The notes under the pieces: model-generated
The model's input: only the letters and a program-made list of their open reading frames with translations
What the model was told of the DNA's origin: nothing
The model's database searches: none
Source: Eledone cirrhosa
Taxonomy: Eukaryota
Direction: 5' to 3'
Assembly (NCBI GenBank): GCA_964016885.1
Contig: OZ024763.1
Coordinates: 28,148,001 to 28,212,000, forward strand
DNA: 64,000 bases
Part shown: positions 55,848-64,000 of the stretch, one piece after another
How positions within the stretch are numbered: the stretch's first letter is position 1
Layout of the letters: each line of letters opens with the position of its first letter
Program-made: the position numbers and the translations under genes

Positions 55848-55879
55848 CTGCTTGAACAACAAACTGTTAAGAAACAGCA

Positions 55880-55985
55880 ATAGTAGAAGATGGCGACACA
55901 ATGTTTTCCTAGTTTCTCACCACATGACACCAGACCGGAAGTGCGTATGTGTCAACGACTGTCGAGGCACTGACCAATATCTTGG
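55880..55985 (+). promoter_or_regulatory. Candidate cis-regulatory cluster (YY1, ETS, CCAAT)
   Basis: AAGATGGCG at 55887, ACCGGAAGTG at 55934 and CCAAT at 55974, within about 100 bp of unique sequence. Confidence 0.3.
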
Positions 55986-56207
55986 TGTCATATATAGTCT
56001 ATTATGTGACTAAACCACTTAGGTAATAATTGTTCTGTCCTAATTTCTCTTGATCTCTGCATACATATATATATTTGTATGTATATATGTATGTATGTAT
56101 ATATATATATGTATGTATGTGTATGTATGTATGTATGCGTGTGTGTGTATGTATGTATGTATGTATGTATGTATGTATGTATGTATATATGTATGTATAT
56201 ATATGTT

Positions 56208-56240
<33 letters not shown>

Positions 56241-57073
56241 GTATGTATGCATATATGTATGTATGTATATATATATGTATATATATGTATGTGTGTCTAT
56301 ATATGGTTATCTGTATGGATGTATGTATCTATATCTTTTGCCCTCCTCTCTCTTTCTACCCCCTCTCTCTTTCTACCCCCTCTCTCTTTCTACCCCTCTC
56401 TTCATCTCTCTTTCTCTCTTTCTCTTCATCTCTTTCCCCCCCGCTCTCTTTTCATTTTCTCCCCTTCACTCTTCAGCTCTCTCCCCGCTCTCTAACTCTC
56501 TTTCACTCTCTCTCCTCCTTTCACCCCCCCCCTCTCTATCTCCTCTATTATATCTCTTCTCGTAATAGATTTCGGTTTTCTGTGTTAATTTATGAATGGG
56601 GGGTCTCTTGTTGTTGTTGTTGTTGTTGTTGGCGTTATAGAACCCCCCCCCCCCACACACACACACACAGCCTTCCATGCCTTAGCATCTATCTAATGAC
56701 ACACACTACCTATGAATTTAAAATAATTTAAGAATTTGGAGGAATTTGCTGAAATATCTAAATTAATCTAATGATTCGACATCACCATCACCTTCACCAC
56801 CATTGCCACCACCACTGTCGCCGTTACCACCACCACCACTGCCACCATTACCACCACCATTGCCAAACCACCATTGCAACCATCACCGTTACTGCCACCA
56901 CCACCACCATCTTTTAGCTTGTTTCAAAATAAGGTTATTGGAGTTCGCTGAAATTGGGAACTCCAATGTCTTCTGCAATTCTTATTTGTCTCGTCTATGT
57001 TTCTGTCTTTCTCTCTGTCTGTCATGGTATCTGTCCATCTATCTGCCTGTCTATTTGTCTGTGTATCTATCTA

Positions 57074-57113
<40 letters not shown>

Positions 57114-57159
57114 GTCTACCGTCCTGTCTATCTCTCTCTCTTCTGTCTGTCTATTTGTC

Positions 57160-57229
<70 letters not shown>

Positions 57230-57293
57230 GTCTGCCGTCCTGTCTATCTCTCTCTCTTCTGTCTGTCCTGTCCATCTCTCTCTCTTCTGTATG

Positions 57294-57324
<31 letters not shown>

Positions 57325-57438
57325 ATCTCTATCTATCTTGTCTATGTATCTGTCTATATCAATCAATGTTTCTATCTATCGCTATCTATATATATATATA
57401 TATATCTATCTCTGTCTATATAATCTATAACCTGTCTG

Positions 57439-57477
<39 letters not shown>

Positions 57478-57553
57478 CTATATCTATCTCTGTCTATATA
57501 ATCTATATACCTGTCTGTCTGTCTCTCTCTACCGTCTCTCTCTCTCTCTCTCT

Positions 57554-57597
<44 letters not shown>

Positions 57598-58041
57598 GTC
57601 TGTCTGTCTTATGTTTTACGAGAATCCTTCCTACTCCAGTTTTATGATCCCACAGAAGATAAGATCTTTGAGAGAAGGTAAAATAGTTATTTTAAATCGA
57701 TTTCATTGTGCTTCTCCCCCCCCCCCCCCCCCCCTCCACGCTTTTTTCTTTCTTATTTTTTTTTTTCATTCATTTCATCTACCATCTTCTTTCGTCTTTC
57801 CTGGCCCCCTCATCACGTCGTCATGTAGACTGTATCAGCAAAATTGATGGCGTGTGTCTGTGTGAATCTAGACTAAGATTAAATGTGTATCGTAAGGGGT
57901 TTTCTTAAGAAAAAACCCCAATTTTCTTTCTTCTTCAGACTTCTTTATATCTTCCAAATTCCTCTCTTTATCACCTAAACACACACACACACAAATCTAA
58001 CTATATATATACACACACACTCACACACACATATATATATA

Positions 58042-58152
<111 letters not shown>

Positions 58153-58369
58153 TTTAGTCGTGGTTTTTCTTACCTCGTTATCATTTTTAAACGTTAAATT
58201 TATGATGATGATGATGATAACTTTGGTTTCTTTGTTAATTCGAAGTGTAGTGCAAGGAGTTATTTTTTTTCTCTCATTTTTTTATTTTTTTTTTATTTAG
58301 GGGAGCTTTTATGTTTGAAATTCCTCACTTTATCATCTAAATACACGCACACTCTCACACAGACACACT

Positions 58370-58401
<32 letters not shown>

Positions 58402-58496
58402 GTCACAGTTCTTAAAATGTCTGCCACGCGTTTTTTTTTCTTACCTCATTATCGTATTTAAACACTAAAAAGAAAAAAAAGGAAGAGAAAATAAAT

Positions 58497-58826
58497 GGTT
58501 TCGAATTTAGGCACAAGGCCAGCAATTTCTGGGGGGGGGGGGGGGTTGATTAAATCGACCCCAGTGCGGCGTTACTGGTACTTTATTTTATCGACCTCGT
58601 ATGGATGAAAGGCAAAGCTAACCTCGGCAAAATTTGGACTTCAGAACGTGATGAGCCGGGACTGCCTGCCGCAAAGCATGTTATCTGTCGCTCTACCGAT
58701 ACTGCCAATCCACCGCCCGACAGACAAACAGAGAGAGAGAGGATAGTACTAGTTTCTACTTTTGGCACAAGGTCAGCAATTACCCCAGTGTATTACTGGT
58801 GCTTTATTTTATCGACCACGTAAGGA
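58497..58826 (-). mobile_element. Two S1 SINE copies; the second is truncated where the RTE fragment begins
   Basis: S1 core motifs at 58575-58620 and 58795-58826. Confidence 0.8.
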
Positions 58827-58829
58827 TTT

Positions 58830-59060
58830 CTGATTCGCAATCAAGAAATCTTTCGTTCAGTTGGGTTGGATCCGACAGATTGGACACCAAAGCAAGGGAG
58901 AAAAATTTAGTGACCGGCCGGTCAAATGCAAGATGGCGCGAAGACCTGACCCGATGTCTTGACCCCACATGGCGGTCCAGTATGGCCAGACAGAGACAGG
59001 AAGCGGTGGAGGTCAACCAGACGGGGTTTCTTTCAACTGGAGTGAGAAGACGTAGATTTG
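58830..59060 (+). mobile_element. RTE-clade LINE ORF C-terminal relic with frameshifts
   Basis: Combined frames give TDWTPKQGRK..GRSNARWREDLTRCLDPTWRSSMARQRQE, matching the W.P...R..GRP..RW.DD.....W...A.DR..W ending of RTE ORFs. Confidence 0.7.
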
Positions 59061-59281
59061 GAGTTGGATTCGGTGGGGAATTTTGAGTCAGTTTTATCTG
59101 AAATAGCCTGGGCTGAACTTTCACCTGTTGAGACCCGAAGCTATATGAAATTTTCGGCCCTAATTGTTGATGATTTAAAATTAAAGAATAAAAACTAATG
59201 ATGAAATAATATATGTATATGTTTTTTAAATGAGGCCCAGGAGGGTATGTGATCCGATGCTATATCTTATTTAGCTTAGAA

Positions 59282-59469
59282 ACAGTGTCGGATTTACAAT
59301 TCTGCTTAGGTGTGTTTCAGCACAAGGAAGGGGGTCCGATTGGCCAGGAAGGGGGCCCGCCAACTTCCAGCAAAAAAAAAAAATTACGATGAATTTTTCA
59401 AATGTTTTCCAACTATGGGGCCTCATAACTTAATTAGCACAGGGCTTCATTTGTCCTAAATCCGACATG
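59282..59469. mobile_element. hAT-like MITE
   Basis: Terminal inverted repeats CAGTGTCGGATTTA / TAAATCCGACATG, flanked by the 8-bp direct repeat GCTTAGAA (59274-59281 and 59470-59477). Confidence 0.75.
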
Positions 59470-59725
59470 GCTTAGAAGTAGATCCAGCACTGGAAATAGC
59501 TTAACCAAACCCTTGATGATACAGGAAATGAATTCATTGTTTCAAAAGTGGCAGATAATTAATCATTTATTCGATTTTTAAGGAGGTAGTGGGGTAGAAT
59601 GTGGGTTGCTGTGAACCAAGGGGCCAAGAGAAGCTGGCAACTTCATACAAAAGGCAACCTCAACAACAACAATTTTTCCCAGGAATAAAATATCCCTTTG
59701 TTTTATGAACAGCTAAGGTGTGTGT

Positions 59726-59759
<34 letters not shown>

Positions 59760-59764
<5 letters not shown>

Positions 59765-59954
59765 AACGAGTAGGACCCCGACGGCTGAGCTCAAGCCGTT
59801 TCGACGGCTAATTCTGGACTCGAGAATTAGCCGGCGAAACGGCTTGAGCTCAGCCGTCGGGGTCCTACTCGTTCCTATTACCCACTCTACTACCCTAAGT
59901 ATTGAGTACTTTGGTGCGTTATGGTCCACCTGGTTCCTTACCACATTTCCTTCG

Positions 59955-59956
<2 letters not shown>
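59760..59956 (+). mobile_element. Family A fold-back element in (TA)n
   Basis: Inverted arm at 59760-59820, direct arm at 59824-59879 and a tail to 59956, with (TA)n on both sides. Confidence 0.92.
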
Positions 59957-60004
<48 letters not shown>

Positions 60005-60010
<6 letters not shown>

Positions 60011-60090
60011 TAGAAATGGCTTCTACAGGACTAGAACTGTTTCATTCGGGGGAAATCATCAGGAAGCCCTGATTGAACCCGGAATAAACT
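60005..60090. mobile_element. Family B element: complete inverted hammerhead plus only the last ~20 nt of tail
   Basis: The minus strand at 60068-60018 reads GGCTTC-CTGATGA-T TTC cccc GAA T-GAAA-CAG ttctagtc CTG-TA-GAAGCC; the + strand continues GATTGAACCCGGAA. (TA)n on both sides. Confidence 0.9.
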
Positions 60091-60482
60091 TATATATATA
60101 TATATATATACGTGTGTGTGTGTGTGTGTGTTTTATATGGTCACAGAACATTGCACTCAATCACACCTTTATTTCTTTGTGCCCATAAGGACAACAATGT
60201 TGGTTACAAAGACAGTGAAATACCTGAGGGATTGGGGGCTGGTAAGGGGTAGGTAAAGGTGTGTGATTGGGGGAAGAACTTCCAGGAATTCAAGAGCACA
60301 AATGTGTGTGTGTATATATATATATATATGGATGTGTGGGTTTGTATATATTTATGTGTTTGTATACATGTGTGTATGTGTGTATGACATGAATTGAAAA
60401 CAATACAAGGGTTATCAGGGACACAAGCATGAATAGGTTTTCTCACCTTTACTCTCTCTCTCTCGCTCTCTTACCTTCTATT

Positions 60483-60700
60483 CTCTCCCTCTCTTTCACC
60501 TTCTACCCTCTCCCTCTCTTTCACCTTCTACCCACTCCCTCTCTTTCACCTTCTACCCTCTCCTTCTCTTTCGCCTTCTACCCACTCCCTCTCTTTCGCC
60601 TTCTACCCTCTCCCTCTCTTTCACCTTCTACCCTCTCCCTCTCTTTCACCTTCTACCCTCTCCCTCTCTTTCACCTTCTACCCTCTCCCTCTCTTTCACC
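60483..60700. repeat. 25-bp pyrimidine minisatellite, about 9 copies
   Basis: Unit CTCTCCCTCTCTTTCACCTTCTACC. Confidence 0.9.
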
Positions 60701-62442
60701 ATTTACTCTCTCTCCTCTCTCTTCACTACTACCAACACTACCACTTATACTAGTTCTACTATTACGACTACTGTCATTACCTTTACCATTACAACAAACA
60801 CCACTTCTTCTTCTACTACTACTACTAACATTACTACAACCACTATTACTACCACTACTATCACTACCATTACAACAAACACCACTTCTACTACTACTAC
60901 TACTACTACTACTAACATTACTACAACCACTATTACTACCACTACTGTCACTAGCACTACCATTACAACAAACACTACGACTACCTCTACCACTAATACT
61001 ACTACTACTACTATCACGACCACTACGACCCCTAGTACTATTACTACTACTAACATTACTACAACCACTACTACTACTACTACTACTACTATCTCACCTT
61101 ACCTCTACCCACTACCACCTGTCTAGCCACCCCCACCACCCCCACCACCTCACACCGACACCCGTCTTTCATCCTACATCCACTCTCAATTACTTTCTCT
61201 CGCCCTCGGCTTTGTTTTATCTTTTTTTTTTCTTCATTTTCTTCATTTTTTAAAAAAGATTTCTTTAATTTTTTATTTTTAGATATAATTTTATTTTTTA
61301 AAAAATGCCCACCCCCCCTCCTCCTCCCCTCTTCTTTGGTGTGTGTGGTGGTGGTGGGGGGGGGTCTATATATTTGTATTTTTGTGTGTAGAGAGAGGGG
61401 GGAGGAGTAGTGGGTGGTCTATTTATGTTTTTTAAACTTTCTGGTGTTCCCTTTTTTTTTTTTTCGTGTATATGTGTTGATAGGGGTGGGTGGGTAGGGG
61501 TTATATATATTGTTTTATTTAAAAAAAATGTTTTCCCTTTTTTTGGTGTGTCTGTGTGTGTAGGGAGAGAGAGGGGTTATATATATTTTCTTTAATCTTT
61601 TTAAAATGTTCCCCTTTTTGGTGTGTGTGGAGAGAGAGAGGCGGTGGGTGGGTAGGGGTTATATATATTTTATTTCAAAACAAAAATATTTTCCCCTTTT
61701 TTTTTGGTGTGCCCCTGTGTGTAGAGAGAGAGGGGGGGGGAAGTGGAGTAGGGGTTGTATATATTTGTTTAATCTTTTTAATATTTTGTTTAATCTTTTT
61801 AAAATGTTCCCCTTTTTGGTGTGTCTGTATGTGTGTGGAGAGAGAGAGAGGAGGAGGAAGAGTGGGGGATCTTTATATTTTGGTGTTTGATTTTTTGGGG
61901 GTGTTTTATCTGTGTGAGGGTCGGGCCCGGGGTGGGAGAAAAAGTGAGGAACTCAGAAACAGCATCAAAGATTCGACTTTGCGAATACTTAAAATTAAGG
62001 TGATTGTTTTTTATAAGTGGTGGTGGTGGTGATAGTAATAGTGGTGATGGTGGTAGCGGCAGTGGTGTTGTGGTGATGGTGATGGTGATGGTGGTGGTGG
62101 TGGTAGCATTGGTAGTGGTGATGCTGGTGATGGTGTTGGTGGTGGTAGCATTCATTGTTAGTGGTGATGGTGGTAGTGGTAGTGGTGTGATGGTGTTGGT
62201 GATGGTAGCATTGGTAGTGGTGATGGTGTTGGTGCTGGTAGCATTGGTAGTGGTGATAGTAGTAGTAGTGGTGATGGTGGTAGTGGTTGTGGTGGTAGTA
62301 GTGGTGTTGGTAGCAGTGGTGGTGGTGGTAGTAGTGGTGATGGTGGTAGTGCAGTAGTGGTGGTAGTCATGCTAGTACCTTTCACATTGTCAAATCATGT
62401 GTCACATAATGTGTCACATAAGTGTACACTGTGACATTGTGT

Positions 62443-62510
62443 GCTTTCCAGATGATTTCCTTCGAATGAAACAGTTCTAGTCCTGTAGAAGCCATTTATA
62501 TATTAAACAT
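62443..62510 (+). mobile_element. Family B arm ending in (TA)n
   Basis: TTC-CAGATGA-TTTCCTTCGAAT-GAAA-CAGTTCTAGTCCTG-TA-GAAGCC..ATTAAA. Confidence 0.85.
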
Positions 62511-63309
62511 ATATATATATATATATATAAACCCTAATTTCCCGTTTAAAATGTATATCGACACATACACACACCCCAACAAACACATTTACATATACAC
62601 ACACCATACCATACACGTGTAATACACACACACACACTACTACACACACACTACTACACACACACTACTACACACGCACACACCACTACACACACACACA
62701 CTACTACACACACACTACTACACACGCACACACCACTACACACACGCACACACCACTACACACGCACACACCACTACACACACGCACACACCACTACACA
62801 CGCACACACCACTACACACACACCACAACACACACACACCACAACACACACACACGCCACTACACACGCACACACCACTACACACACACACCACTAGACA
62901 CACACACCACTACACACACACCACACACCTACACACACACCACTACACACACACCACACACCTACACACACACCACTACAAACACACCACTACACACACA
63001 CCACACACACAATACACACACACACACAATACACACCTAAACATTATCTCATTGCTATTTTTGTTGGTTTCTTTTCTATTTATTATTTTTAAAAAGTTCT
63101 TTGAATTTTTTTCTCTTTTTTTTGTGTTTGTATTTGTTTTTTGTTTTTTTTCTTCTTCATCTTATTGAACACAATCGTTGCCATGGTTTCGCAGCATCCT
63201 TAGCTTTTTCGTAAGGTAGAAGAAGCAGCAGCAGCACTAGCAGTAGCGCCATCACCAGCAGCACTATCAGCAGTAGCATCAGTAGTATTTTCACTATCAC
63301 CGGAATCGT

Positions 63310-63560
63310 CAACAGCACCACCAACAACATCAGCAGCAGCAGTAGTAGCAGCACCACCAACAACATCAGCAGTAGTAGCAGCACCACCAACAACATCAGC
63401 AGTAGTAGCAGCACCACCAACAACATCAGCAGTAGTAGCAGCACCACCAACATCAGCAGTAGCAGCAGCAGCACCACCAACATCAGCAGTAGCAGCAGCA
63501 GCACCAACATAAGCAGTAGCACAGCAGCACCACCAACATCAGCAGTAGCAGCACCACCAC
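63310..63560. repeat. 27-30-bp (CAG/CAC/CAA) minisatellite
   Basis: Unit CAGCACCACCAACAACATCAGCAGTAGTAG. Confidence 0.9.
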
Positions 63561-64000
63561 CATCACCATCAGTAGCAGAATCACAGCCACACCGCCATCG
63601 CCATGTGGAATGGTGGTGGTGGTGGTGGTGGTGGTGGTGTTTTTTTTCTGGGGATGATCAGGATGGTGATGAAGGTGGTGGAATGGTGTAGCTGGTGATG
63701 ACTATGGTGGTGGTGGTGGTTGAATGGTGCTGCTGGTGATGATGATGGTGGTGGTGGAATGGTGTAGCTGGTGGTGGTGACAATGGTGGTGGTTGAATGG
63801 TGCTGCTGCTGCTGCTGGTGATGATGGTGGTGGTGGTGGTGGTGGTGGTGGTGTAGCTGGTAATGATGGTGGTGGTGGTGGTGGAATGGTGTAGCTGGTG
63901 AGATGATGATGGTGGTGGTGACAATGATGGTGGTGGTGGTTGATGATGCTACTAGTGATGATGGTCGTGCTGGTGGTAATTGAATGGTGCTGCTGGTGAT

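Overview
This is animal non-coding DNA dominated by repeats. The SINE families and the extreme (TA)n/(CA)n/(GA)n/(CAC)n load suggest a coleoid cephalopod such as Octopus; this is an inference. I see no intact protein-coding gene, and almost every ORF in the track is a microsatellite translation artefact. Recognisable parts are many tRNA-derived SINE copies, 3' relics of a Tx1/L1-like LINE (mostly in (GATA)n), an RTE LINE 3' relic, one hAT-like MITE with an 8-bp TSD, minisatellites and a 200-N gap. The main signal is roughly 25 short (70-450 bp) insertions from about ten sequence families, nearly all inside (TA)n tracts. Most carry a type I hammerhead ribozyme fold or part of one (stem I-CUGANGA-stem II-GAAA-stem III-UH-stem I'), often followed by AATAAA/ATTAAA. 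Many have an asymmetric fold-back layout: an inverted arm plus a direct arm with an extra 3' tail. This matches the pseudo-LTRs of Penelope-like retroelements, but no RT/EN ORF is present. Across families with little sequence similarity the ribozymes share a C-C mismatch at stem II position 4, U-U or A-G closing mismatches and non-canonical cores (CCGAAGA, CAGAAGA, TTGAAAA), and the tails share an ACTC...TTGAGTRC hairpin. All folds were derived by eye and none has been tested.
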